Shown here in pieces: positions 46,460 to 56,024 of a stretch of 56,354 nt of DNA. Location of the stretch: contig JAIRPE010000086.1 of assembly GCA_031257175.1 (NCBI GenBank), positions 1 to 56,354 on the forward strand. The letters are read 5' to 3'. Source of the DNA: Eubacteriales Family XIII. Incertae Sedis bacterium (GTDB taxonomy: Bacteria; Bacillota; Clostridia; Peptostreptococcales; Anaerovoracaceae). Each line of letters starts with the position of its first letter. Position 1 is the stretch's first letter. Under the pieces are notes generated by a model. That model did no database searches and had not been told where the DNA came from. It saw only the letters and a program-made list of their open reading frames with translations. Made by a program: the position numbers and the translations under genes.

Positions 46460-48745
46460 ATGAGCGATAAAAGGAGACCGGCCGCGGCGATTCTGTGCGC
46501 CGCCCTTGTGGGAACGGCCTTCGGGGCAGGCGGCCCCGCGGAGGCGGCCGTGAATTTCGTGGACACTATAGGCCACTGGGCGGATGAGGACATACGCGCC
46601 GCCGTTGATTACGGGTACATCAACGGCTATCCTGACGGGCGTTTCCGACCCGACGCGGAGTTGAAGCGCTCCGAATTCGTCAAAATAGTCAACGCCGCCA
46701 TGAGTTACAATTCCCTTGGCAACATCGCCTTCCAGGACGTGACGCCGGACGCCTGGTACTACGACGAGGTGCGGAAGGCGGCGGCGGCGGGGTATATAGC
46801 CGGATACGACGGCGGGGCCTGGTTCGCCCCCGAAAACCCCATAACCAGGGAGGAGACGGCCATGGCGCTGTACCGCGTCTCGCCCTCGGACGCGCCGACG
46901 AAGGCGCCCAAGGGCCTGAAGGACTCCTCCAGCATATCGTCCTGGGCGTTGCAGGCGGTCGCCTCGTCATATAACAAGGGGTACCTCTCGGGCTTCCCCG
47001 ACGGCAATTTCTATCCTCAGAGGAATCTCACGCGGGCCGAGGCCGTCAAAATCGTCAATAAAGTCCTGGCCATAGACCCCGCGTCGCGGGCGATCACGGA
47101 GATGTACATATCCGACCTGACGGACCAGCGGGCCATCGCCGAGATGACCTCGCGAATAAGCGGCACGTTGTATTGGGTCGTGCTGAACGGCGGCGACGGC
47201 CTCCCCACGCCCCTTCAGGCGTCCCAAGGCAAGAACGCCTTGGGGGACGGCGCGATACAGAAAGGCAGCGTGAAGGTCACGGCCTACTCGCGGACGACGG
47301 TGACGATAACGGGCCTGGCGGCCGAAAAGGATTATCGGCTGTGCGCGGTCGTGAAAGGCAGCGACGGCAAATTCTCCAATATCAGCAATTACAGGTTCTC
47401 CACCAGATCCCAGGCGTCCATGGGCGAGGATTGGCTCAGCTCCTTCAACATCCAGAACGTCTCCCAGGACACGGCGACTCTGGCCGCCCGTTCCGACGAA
47501 AAGGGGACGCTGTACTGGGTCTTGGTGGAAAACTCCGCCCAGGGGACGCCATCCCAGACCAACATCGCGGCGGGCAACGACGCGGACGGCGACCCGGCCG
47601 TGAAAAGCGGCAGCATGGCCCTGCAGAAAAACGTGTCGGCCAGCACGGACGTCACGGGCCTGAAACCGGGGACGCGCTATTATATGTACGGCTATCTGTC
47701 CAAGAGCGCGTCGGAATTCTCCGTGGTGAGGTCGGCGTCCTTCACCACTTCGGGAGTCAGCGCGCCTTCCATCAGCAATTTCGCCGCCGCCTTCGACAAT
47801 GGCGGGTATCTGCGCCTCACCTTCAACGTGAACGCCTCAGGGAAATTCTACTGGATTGCCGTGGAGGAAAGCGGGAACGCCGTTTCCATGGACGCCTCCA
47901 GGGTGAAGAACGGAACCGGGAACCCCGGCCAGAAGGTGGCGGACAAGGGCGACTCCGGCGTCACCCAGGGCGCGGTGACTGTCACCAAGAGCGCTTTTTC
48001 GATGGGGGACCCCCTGCGGCCCGACGTGAAATACAGGATTTACGCCTGCACGGAGGGGGCGGCAGGCAATCTTTCCTCGGTGGTTTATTCAGGCATTTTG
48101 GAAAAGTCTACCGTCGCGGGAGGGCTGAACGGCCTGGTATTGTACGCGAACAACAAGAACCTGAGCCTGGCTTTCAGCCAGGACAAATACGATTACGACG
48201 AGATAGCCGTGCCTAACGGCGCCAAGACCGTGCAGGTCAGGCCGTCCGCGGCCTCAAGCGCGGATATCATCCTCAACGGGAGGATAGCCGCGAACAACGC
48301 CAACAACAGCTTTGCCATGCCCGCCACGTCGGGGACGACGGCCACGGTGGTGGTGGAGGTCAGCGAGGCGGGAAAGACCAAGAAAATCTACACGGTGCCC
48401 CTGCGCGAGAACGTGCCTGAAATCACGGCCGTGTACGTGTCCGGCGCCGAGCCGGTGAACCCCGAGAAAGACGCCTACGGCAATTACGCGGTGACAGTGC
48501 CGGCCAACTACGCGGAGGCCACTATGTCCGTATCCTTCCTGTCGGAGATGACGGGAGCCGTGACCCTGCCCGTGAGCGGGAGGGTGGCGGTCAAAAGCGG
48601 CGAACGGCGCAAAGTAACCCTGGACGCCCAGTCCACGATAATCCCGATGGAGGTCAAAGGCCCCGCAGGCGAGACCAAAACGTACACCCTGACAATAACC
48701 AAGACAGGCGGCGGGCCGCCTGTGACGTCGGCGGGGGGGATATAA
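46460..48745 (+). CDS. SLH-domain cell-surface (S-layer-like) protein with N-terminal SLH triplet, three FN3/Ig-like repeats and cadherin-like beta-sandwich domains
   Basis: Signal peptide (AAILCAALVGTAFGAGGPAEA). Three SLH units (FVDTIGHWADEDI..GYPDGRFRPD, FQDVTPDAWYYDEV, ISSWALQAVA..GFPDGNFYPQRNLTRAEA). Three divergent modules of about 105 aa, each starting G(T/K)(L/F)YW(V/I). LNGLVLYANNKNLSLAFSQDKYDYDEIAVP is cadherin-like. Confidence 0.88.
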   Translation: MSDKRRPAAAILCAALVGTAFGAGGPAEAAVNFVDTIGHWADEDIRAAVDYGYINGYPDGRFRPDAELKRSEFVKIVNAAMSYNSLGNIAFQDVTPDAWYYDEVRKAAAAGYIAGYDGGAWFAPENPITREETAMALYRVSPSDAPTKAPKGLKDSSSISSWALQAVASSYNKGYLSGFPDGNFYPQRNLTRAEAVKIVNKVLAIDPASRAITEMYISDLTDQRAIAEMTSRISGTLYWVVLNGGDGLPTPLQASQGKNALGDGAIQKGSVKVTAYSRTTVTITGLAAEKDYRLCAVVKGSDGKFSNISNYRFSTRSQASMGEDWLSSFNIQNVSQDTATLAARSDEKGTLYWVLVENSAQGTPSQTNIAAGNDADGDPAVKSGSMALQKNVSASTDVTGLKPGTRYYMYGYLSKSASEFSVVRSASFTTSGVSAPSISNFAAAFDNGGYLRLTFNVNASGKFYWIAVEESGNAVSMDASRVKNGTGNPGQKVADKGDSGVTQGAVTVTKSAFSMGDPLRPDVKYRIYACTEGAAGNLSSVVYSGILEKSTVAGGLNGLVLYANNKNLSLAFSQDKYDYDEIAVPNGAKTVQVRPSAASSADIILNGRIAANNANNSFAMPATSGTTATVVVEVSEAGKTKKIYTVPLRENVPEITAVYVSGAEPVNPEKDAYGNYAVTVPANYAEATMSVSFLSEMTGAVTLPVSGRVAVKSGERRKVTLDAQSTIIPMEVKGPAGETKTYTLTITKTGGGPPVTSAGGI

Positions 48746-48784
48746 CGCGGGGAATCGATCAACCCCCCTGCCGGGCCCCCTCGC

Positions 48785-50419
48785 CTACTTCTCCATCTGG
48801 TGCTCCACCACGCTCCCACCCGCGTATTTCTCCCTGAGGCGGGGCTTCTCGATTTTGCCTGTGGGGTTTCTGGGCACCTCGTCGAAAATCACCTGCCTGG
48901 GGCGCTTGTACCTGGGCAGTTCCATGGAAAACCTCATAATCTCGTCCTCCGTGGACGCGGCGCCCGGCTTCAGCTCTATGACTGCCGCCGCCACCTCCCC
49001 CAGCCTCTGGTGCGGCACGCCTATCACGGCCACGTCCTTCACCTTCTCGAAGCCGCGCAGGAAATCCTCTATCTGAACCGGGTATATGTTCTCGCCCCCC
49101 GTTATAATCACGTCCTTCTTCCTGTCCACCAGGTAGATAAAACCGTCCTCGTCCTCCCTGGCCATGTCCCCCGTGTGCAGCCAGCCGTCCTTCAGCGCCG
49201 CCGCCGTGGCCTCGGGGTCCTTGTAATAGCACTTCATGACGCCAGGCCCCTTCACGGCCAGCTCGCCCACGTCGCCGCGCCTGACAGGGGCGCCGTCCTC
49301 GCCCACTATCTTCGTCTCCCATGAATACCCTGCTTTTCCTATCGCGCCCACCTTGTGCATGTTCTCCATGCCCAAATGCACGGAACCCGGCCCGATGGAC
49401 TCCGACAGGCCGTAATTCGTGTCATAGGCGTGATCGGGGAAATGGCTCCTCCATCGTTTTATCAGGCTGGGCGGCACCGGCTGCGCGCCTATGTGCATGA
49501 GGCGCCAATTGCTCAAATCATAGCAGGAAAGCTCCACCTCGCCGCTGTCGATGGCGTCCAGTATGTCCTGGGCCCAGGGAACCAGCAGCCAGACTATGGT
49601 CGCCTTCTCCTGGGCCGCCGCGTCCAAAATCCACTTTGGGCTGGTGCCGCGCAGCAACGCCGCCCGCCCGCCCGTGATCAGGCTGCCGAACCAGTGCATT
49701 TTCGCCCCCGTGTGGTAGAGGGGCGGTATGCACAGAAAAACGTCGTCCTTGGTCTGGCCATGGTGCTTCTGCTCGGTGACGCAGGCCGACACCAGGCTGG
49801 CGTGGGTGTGGAGTATGGCCTTGGGGAAGCCCGTGGTGCCCGAGGAATAATATATGGCCGCGTCATCATCGTCCGACAGGGGCACGCCTGGGCTCTCCTC
49901 GGAGCAAAGCCCCGCCCGCGCCTCGAAATCCTCCGCGAAGCCGGGCTTGTCCCCGCCCACGTAAAAAAGCCGCTCCACCTTGGGGATAGCCCCCTTTATC
50001 GCGTCCACCCGCTCCTTGAACTCAGGGCCGAATATGAGCGTAGTCACGTCGGCCAAATCCAGGCAATACTTTATCTCGTCGGAAGTGTACCTGTAATTCA
50101 GCGGCACCACGACGGCCCCGCTCTTCAACACGCCAAAATAGATGGGCAGCCACTCTATGCAGTTCATGAGCAGGACGGCCACCTTCTCGCCCTTCCCCAC
50201 CCCCAGCGAGCCCAGCAGGTTCGCGCACTGGTTGGCCCGCCCGTCGAAGCCCTTCCAACTGAGCGTCTTGCGGTAGCCCGGCACGTGGGCCGTCTCCACC
50301 AGCGCGTACTCCTTCCAGGGCAGATTGTCCTTGTCCAATAATTCAGGGTTTATCTCCACGAGGCTAACTTCATCCCCGTACTCTTTCGCGTTAAATTCCA
50401 AATAACTCGTAATCGGCAT
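48785..50419 (-). CDS. AMP-dependent acyl-CoA synthetase/ligase
   Basis: AMP-binding motif IYYSSGTTGFPKAI, plus WLHTGDMA..DEDGFIYLVDRKKD.I..GGENIYP and the C-terminal PRNPTGKI. Confidence 0.9.
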   Translation of the reverse strand: MPITSYLEFNAKEYGDEVSLVEINPELLDKDNLPWKEYALVETAHVPGYRKTLSWKGFDGRANQCANLLGSLGVGKGEKVAVLLMNCIEWLPIYFGVLKSGAVVVPLNYRYTSDEIKYCLDLADVTTLIFGPEFKERVDAIKGAIPKVERLFYVGGDKPGFAEDFEARAGLCSEESPGVPLSDDDDAAIYYSSGTTGFPKAILHTHASLVSACVTEQKHHGQTKDDVFLCIPPLYHTGAKMHWFGSLITGGRAALLRGTSPKWILDAAAQEKATIVWLLVPWAQDILDAIDSGEVELSCYDLSNWRLMHIGAQPVPPSLIKRWRSHFPDHAYDTNYGLSESIGPGSVHLGMENMHKVGAIGKAGYSWETKIVGEDGAPVRRGDVGELAVKGPGVMKCYYKDPEATAAALKDGWLHTGDMAREDEDGFIYLVDRKKDVIITGGENIYPVQIEDFLRGFEKVKDVAVIGVPHQRLGEVAAAVIELKPGAASTEDEIMRFSMELPRYKRPRQVIFDEVPRNPTGKIEKPRLREKYAGGSVVEHQMEK

Positions 50420-50673
50420 AAATCGTCTCCTTCAATACTTATCCTTCCTTGGATTCCTCCCGAAATTATTGGGCGGGCGTCGGAATACAGTATCCGCCGG
50501 TCCGCTTCAAGGCAACATTTTAAACGCGGACCGACATCGGCCTCCCCCTGTCCGCAGGCGCAGCCCCCGCGCGGTCATCGGCCTTCCTAACGGCGCCCGC
50601 CATGCCCCCGCGCGCGCCTGCCATGTGGAAAAATCATCTCTCTCCCTGGAAACAGTCCCCTTTGAAAGGCTTT

Positions 50674-52683
50674 CTACTCCGACAGGTTCCCCGCCTCGGG
50701 CCTCCAACGCTTAATGAGGGCGTTGATGTCCGACGCGGTCTCTCCGTGATTGCCCGTCAATATGTATGACTCCAGCCCGTTGACGTCCACTCGCATGGCG
50801 TTGGCCTCCTCGGGCGTGATTCTCTCGTTGATGAGGAATTGGTGTATGACGCGCCGCTCCACGTAGAAAGCGTTCAACATGCCTTTCTCGTAATCCGTGT
50901 TCAGCCTGTCAACGAACCTGCGCCTGGGCGCCCCGCGCCCCAGCAGTTCCTCCCTTTCGTGGATGAGCCTGTCTATCACTCGGTCTGTGCCCCATTTCCT
51001 CTCCTGATGCAGCAAGGCCTCCACGACGACGAAATTCTTCTGGAACACCTCCATCAGGTTCTTCATATGCTCTTTGGCGGGCATCATGGCCCTGACCCAG
51101 TCCCTGTGCCTGGAGATGTTCATCCAGGCGAACCACAGCGCGGATTGTATGGCCAGAAGCTTGAAGCCCGGCTTGTAAATCATGTACAAAAGCTCCATGG
51201 CGCCGTTGTAGGTGCGCTCGGAGATTTCGTTCCTCGCCTTCATCTCCCGCACGGACTCCCGTTCGGCGCGGAACATCATCATTCGCAGCGCCCTCTGCTC
51301 TATCCGTTCCTTCTTGGAGTATTCCGCGAATTCCAGCTCCTCTATGCGCTTCTTCAGGTTCATAACCACCATCTCGTCAGGCGGCTCATCCTGCTCCCTG
51401 AGCTGTTTTATGGTCTCGTTTATGATGTCGGTGCGGATCTGCGTCCTGTTGTCGCCCTTGTCGGCGTTGTCCGCCACGAGGGGCAGGAGCGCTATGGCGA
51501 TCAGCAGGGAAGTCACGATGACGCCCGCCGCGATGAACACCAGCAGGTTCCGCTCGGGGAACACGGCGGCCGCAGGCAACGCGAAAGCCGTCGCCATGCT
51601 CACGGTCCCCTTCACCCCTGACAGCGTCAGCACCAGCGAGTTTCTCACCTTCTCCTTGGGCGAGGCCCCCACCACGCCCCAGGCCACCGCCAGCACGCTG
51701 ATAAGGCGCACCGTCAGCAGTATGAGCGTCACCAGTATGACCACGAGGACCAGGAACAAATGGTTGTACCCCGCGTTGTTCCAAACGCTCGTGAGCGTGT
51801 GGGGCAACTGCAGGCCCAACAGCAGGAACACCATGGAGTTGAGGCTGAACGTGACCATGTCCCAGACGGTCTCCTTGGCCGCGCCGAACTCCGCTTCCAG
51901 CCTCTTGGCCTGCCGTATCCTGGGAGTCTGGCGGCTCCCCGCCGCCACGGCCGCCAGAATGCCCGAGACCCCGATGGCCTCGGCGGCCATGTAGCAGATG
52001 AAAGGCATCATCAGCTCTATCAGCACGTAGGTGGCCGTATGGCGCACCGCCAGCCCCCTGAGCGTCTTGACCAGCGAGCGCTCCGCCGACGACAGCGCGA
52101 ACCCCACCAAAAACCCGCCAAAAGAGACTATCAGCAGCCTCACGAAGGCGTCCCCCAGCGAGAAAGAGCCTGTTATGAGGGCGTTGACCGCGAAGCCGAA
52201 GGCGATGAGCCCGGAGGCGTCGTTGATAAGCCCCTCGCCCATCAGGATATTCTTGACATTGCCGCTGATTTTTATGCGCGTCCTGAGAGACATGACCGCC
52301 ACCGCGTCCGTCGGCCCCAGTATGGCGCCCAAGGCGAAACAGCCCGCCAGAGGTATGGTGGCCAGAATCCTGTCGGTCACCAGGCCCACGGCCACGACAG
52401 TGACGAACACCAGCAGGAAAGCCATGATAAGCACCTGCTTCCCCACCTTCCACAGCGAGAACATGTTGGTCTCGTCCGCCTCGTGAAAAAGCAGGGGGGC
52501 TATGACCATGACCATGAATATCTCAGGCTCCAGCTCCAAAGCCTCCCGCAGGAAGGTGAACCCCAACGCGCAGCCCACGACTATCTGAAGCAAAGGCAAC
52601 GGCAACCCGGGTATCATATGGGACAGCACGTTTGACAGCACGATGGCAGACAGTATTCCAATCACTACGGCAGTTACTTCCAT
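50674..52683 (-). CDS. Na+/H+ antiporter (CPA1 family) with a large cytoplasmic C-terminal domain
   Basis: Start at MEVTAVV (ATG 52683) after AAAGGAAG. About 12 TM helices with LFHEA, GAILGPTDAVAV and LMGEGLINDASGL motifs. A soluble helical tail of about 250 aa. Confidence 0.85.
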   Translation of the reverse strand: MEVTAVVIGILSAIVLSNVLSHMIPGLPLPLLQIVVGCALGFTFLREALELEPEIFMVMVIAPLLFHEADETNMFSLWKVGKQVLIMAFLLVFVTVVAVGLVTDRILATIPLAGCFALGAILGPTDAVAVMSLRTRIKISGNVKNILMGEGLINDASGLIAFGFAVNALITGSFSLGDAFVRLLIVSFGGFLVGFALSSAERSLVKTLRGLAVRHTATYVLIELMMPFICYMAAEAIGVSGILAAVAAGSRQTPRIRQAKRLEAEFGAAKETVWDMVTFSLNSMVFLLLGLQLPHTLTSVWNNAGYNHLFLVLVVILVTLILLTVRLISVLAVAWGVVGASPKEKVRNSLVLTLSGVKGTVSMATAFALPAAAVFPERNLLVFIAAGVIVTSLLIAIALLPLVADNADKGDNRTQIRTDIINETIKQLREQDEPPDEMVVMNLKKRIEELEFAEYSKKERIEQRALRMMMFRAERESVREMKARNEISERTYNGAMELLYMIYKPGFKLLAIQSALWFAWMNISRHRDWVRAMMPAKEHMKNLMEVFQKNFVVVEALLHQERKWGTDRVIDRLIHEREELLGRGAPRRRFVDRLNTDYEKGMLNAFYVERRVIHQFLINERITPEEANAMRVDVNGLESYILTGNHGETASDINALIKRWRPEAGNLSE

Positions 52684-52754
52684 TATCTTCCTTTCGTGCC
52701 GCCAACGGGCGGGCGGCAAAAATAATCACCCTATATCTTATCGCCTCGGCCGCG

Positions 52755-55700
52755 TCATCCCCTCACGTGTTCCTTCAGCAGACGCGCCACCTTTCCCACG
52801 TCCACGGGCTTTATCATGCAGTCCGTGGCTCCCAGCTCCTTGGCTTTCTCCGCCTCTTCCTGGTTTCTCACGGTCATCATCATGACCACTGGCACCTTGC
52901 GCGCGTCGTCGCGCTCCAGGGCGCGTAGCCGCCTAAGGGTCTCACAGCCGTTCATCCCCGGCATCTTCGCGTCTATGAACACTATGTCGTAATAATCCTC
53001 AGGCGCGTTGGCGAAGTACTCCAGAGCCTGCTCGCCGCCCTCCGTCTCGTCTATAATCATGTCCGTGTCCGAAAACAGCTCCGCGAACAGCATCCTGTTC
53101 ACCTCCACGTCGTCGGCCAGCAGGACCTTTTTCGCGAAATCAGCCGCCGAAAGCCCCTCCGCGGCCTTCTCCCCCGCGTCGCCCGCGTCCTCCAAAGGAA
53201 GCTCCACCTCGAACTCAAGCCGCATCCCCCCGTCCCCGAAAGGCTCGAAGCGGGCGCCGCCGCCCATCATCTCCGTCAGCCGCTTGAGCGACACGAAGGC
53301 CAGGGACGAATCCATGACGCGCCCCCCCGCGAAGGAGAACGCCTCCCCGCCCTCGAAAAACCGCGCCTGGGACAACGCTTCCTCCACGCGTTCCGCAGTA
53401 AGCCCGGACGCGGCGTCCGCCACCTCGAAACGCGCCGTGAGCCCCGTTTCCGACTCCTCCGCGACCATGCTCAGGCTTATCTCCCCGCCCTCCGAATGCC
53501 GCGCCACTATGTCCAAGGCGTTGGACAGAGCCAGCTTCAGCCGCTCGCCGTCAGCCCGCGCCTTATGGTCCCGATCCAAGTCGCCTATGTCCAGAGTCAA
53601 GGCGCCGCCTTTGCTTTCGCACAGCGCGCGATACACCTCGGCGACCTCCGTGACGGTTCTTTTGAGGAACAGATCCTCCGACGCCAGGGCGAAAGTCCCC
53701 GCCTCCAGCCTGGACATGTCCAGCACGTTGCCCAGAGACGCCGCCAGCCCCGCAGACGCCGCCTCTATCTCCGACAGCGCCGCTTTCAGGCGTTCAGGCG
53801 TCCTCGCCCGCCTGGCTATCTGGGACATGCCCGTTATGGTGTTCAGCGGCTCGCGCATCCCGTCGCTGAGCAACGCCAGCACGCCCGTCCTCTCGCTTCT
53901 CAGCCTGTCAGGGCCGCGGGCCTCGTCCGCGGCGGCGGGCGGCGCGCCCTCGTCGGCCCCGCGCCCCTCGTCAGCCTCCGCAGGCGGCGCGGAAACCTCC
54001 CCGCGTCCTCCCCCGGAAAGAGCCTCGGCGATCCCGAACCCCAAAAAGGCCTCGGCGGCAACGGCCCCCGTCGGGCCTTCCAAAACCCCCGCGCCCGCCT
54101 CCGGCTGGAGTTGGGGCCGCACGGCGGTCAAAACCACAGGCCCTATATCGTCCTCATCCTCAAGCCCTTCCTCGCCAAACTGCCCGCTCAAGGCCGCGGA
54201 CGACTTGCGCAGCTCATTGAGCCGCTCCTTCATCTTCGTCTCCAGCCTGGACTGCTTCTTGCGGCCCCGGGTGTAAAGTATGAGGAAAAGCAACGCTATC
54301 CAGAACAGCAGCGCGGCCACGCCCCAAGCCAGCGGCGTCCAGTCGCGGGGAGCCTCCGCCTCGCCGCCCGAGGACCTGATCGTCCAGCGGCTGGAAACAG
54401 CGCCCTTGTCCAGCAACGTAAGAGCCTTGCTGATAATGGATTTGAACTCCACGTCCTCTTTCGCGAAGGCGAACGCGGAGCCATAGGCCCCGCCCATTTC
54501 CAGATTCGCCCTATATCCCTTCAATCCCCAAAACTGGGTTATTTTGTACAGCATGTCCCGCGAGGCCATCATCAAGTCCACCTCGCCGGCCGCCAGCGCC
54601 TTCGCCGCTTCGTCCAAAGAGCCGTAGAAGGTCATGTTCCTATGGTTGGGGTACAGCTTGCGAAACGCCTCCGCGGAATCGGAGCCCTCCACCAGCCCCA
54701 CCTTCATGAACATGGCGTCCCTGGGGGCGACGTCGGGGTAATCCTGCGTGGAGGCAAGCACGTAGTAGCCGCTCTCATAAGGCGCGCTCCACTCCATCTC
54801 GGCCCTCACCCCCGAAGGCGGGTCGAAACCCGCCGCCATGTCCGCCCCGCCGCCGTTCAGAAGCTCCGCCAGGCCCGCCGCGTCCGCGTCCTCATTGGCG
54901 GGGACGAATATAAGCCCCGTGACGGCGGAAATCTCGTCCAATATGTCCACGGCCTTACCGCGCCATTCCTGAGCCGCCTCGTCGTAATAGGACACGGGGT
55001 AGGCGTCCGGGTTGAAAGCGACGCGGACGGAGGACGACGCGCCGCCTCCGCTCTTGACGCGCTCCTGCTCGCCCGGACTGAGCATCCCCATGAACCGATG
55101 TTTTTTGAATATGTCGTCGCCCCTGTCGTAAAGCCTGGCCAAATGGTAGGCTCCGCCGGCCTTCAACACCTTCTCCACGGCGATTATGACGGGAGTCATG
55201 GCGTCGCTCTTGGCGGCCAGGGCTATGCGCCCCGCCGACAGGGGGGCCATGTCGTCCACCGCCAGCGCGTCCCTGTGGGCGTCAAAATCCATCTCCGTGG
55301 AGCCGTCGATGAAAAACGCGTCAACGGAGTTCCAGTTCAGCAGGGTGAACGCCTCCTCCGCGTCCGCCGCGTAGCAGGGCACGTATTTGTTGGGCAGGTA
55401 CGCCTCCAACCGCTCGTTCAGCGCCGAGGGCTCCTCCCCTATGAACCCCAGGTACAGAATCTCGTCCGGGTTCCGCTCCCATATGGGTTTCGACTTGGCG
55501 AACCTGACGCACTTTATGCCCCGTTCCGCCATGGCGTCCGTCGTGCGGTAGGCGTTCTGGCTCTCGCCGTCGATAATCACGGTGGTGAAATCCACCAGGC
55601 CCGCGTCGATGGCCGTGCCGATGTCCTCCCTGGCGTAGACCACCGGTCGGAAAGTCACGTCGAATATGCTCCCCAGCCAGTCGCAGAGCAAGGCGTCGAA

Positions 55701-55961
55701 GCCCGCTATCTTGCCCTCCAGGTCGAAAAACGCCTCCGTGGACAAATCCACCCCCACCGTGAAGGTTTTCTTGCGGTCCAAAAGCTGCTTGACCTGCTCT
55801 ATCTCCTCCTGGCTGATGTCCGGGACTTCCTCGTAGCTGGTTATGACGCTGTATTCCGGCAACGGGCGCGGCGCGGCGGCCACGGCTCCCCAAGTGGCGC
55901 TGGTGGCGCACAAAAACACAAGCGCCAGCAACACGCGAAGCGGTTTCGTCTTTTTTCCCAT
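52755..55961 (-). CDS. hybrid sensor protein: signal peptide, two periplasmic solute-binding-like domains, TM, disordered linker, degenerate HisKA/HATPase core, intact receiver domain
   Basis: The H-box position reads LLSDGMREPLNTITGM (Asp codon at 53862-53864 where the phospho-His is expected). The G1/G2 boxes are degenerate (VADAASGLT; GGRVMDSSLAF). The receiver retains LLADD, IVFIDAKMPGMNG, MMMT and MIKP. Confidence 0.8.
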   Translation of the reverse strand: MGKKTKPLRVLLALVFLCATSATWGAVAAAPRPLPEYSVITSYEEVPDISQEEIEQVKQLLDRKKTFTVGVDLSTEAFFDLEGKIAGFDALLCDWLGSIFDVTFRPVVYAREDIGTAIDAGLVDFTTVIIDGESQNAYRTTDAMAERGIKCVRFAKSKPIWERNPDEILYLGFIGEEPSALNERLEAYLPNKYVPCYAADAEEAFTLLNWNSVDAFFIDGSTEMDFDAHRDALAVDDMAPLSAGRIALAAKSDAMTPVIIAVEKVLKAGGAYHLARLYDRGDDIFKKHRFMGMLSPGEQERVKSGGGASSSVRVAFNPDAYPVSYYDEAAQEWRGKAVDILDEISAVTGLIFVPANEDADAAGLAELLNGGGADMAAGFDPPSGVRAEMEWSAPYESGYYVLASTQDYPDVAPRDAMFMKVGLVEGSDSAEAFRKLYPNHRNMTFYGSLDEAAKALAAGEVDLMMASRDMLYKITQFWGLKGYRANLEMGGAYGSAFAFAKEDVEFKSIISKALTLLDKGAVSSRWTIRSSGGEAEAPRDWTPLAWGVAALLFWIALLFLILYTRGRKKQSRLETKMKERLNELRKSSAALSGQFGEEGLEDEDDIGPVVLTAVRPQLQPEAGAGVLEGPTGAVAAEAFLGFGIAEALSGGGRGEVSAPPAEADEGRGADEGAPPAAADEARGPDRLRSERTGVLALLSDGMREPLNTITGMSQIARRARTPERLKAALSEIEAASAGLAASLGNVLDMSRLEAGTFALASEDLFLKRTVTEVAEVYRALCESKGGALTLDIGDLDRDHKARADGERLKLALSNALDIVARHSEGGEISLSMVAEESETGLTARFEVADAASGLTAERVEEALSQARFFEGGEAFSFAGGRVMDSSLAFVSLKRLTEMMGGGARFEPFGDGGMRLEFEVELPLEDAGDAGEKAAEGLSAADFAKKVLLADDVEVNRMLFAELFSDTDMIIDETEGGEQALEYFANAPEDYYDIVFIDAKMPGMNGCETLRRLRALERDDARKVPVVMMMTVRNQEEAEKAKELGATDCMIKPVDVGKVARLLKEHVRG

Positions 55962-56024
55962 AATATTTCCCCTATTACTGTACTAATCAATCTATTCTAT
56001 AATAACATTAACAAAATCCCCAGG

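Noticed and set aside
50469-50714. 81-aa (plus) and 66-aa (minus, 50507-50707) ORFs in the GC-rich spacer
   Set aside because: They have Arg/Pro/Gly-rich low-complexity translations and no RBS, and they overlap each other and the antiporter gene end.
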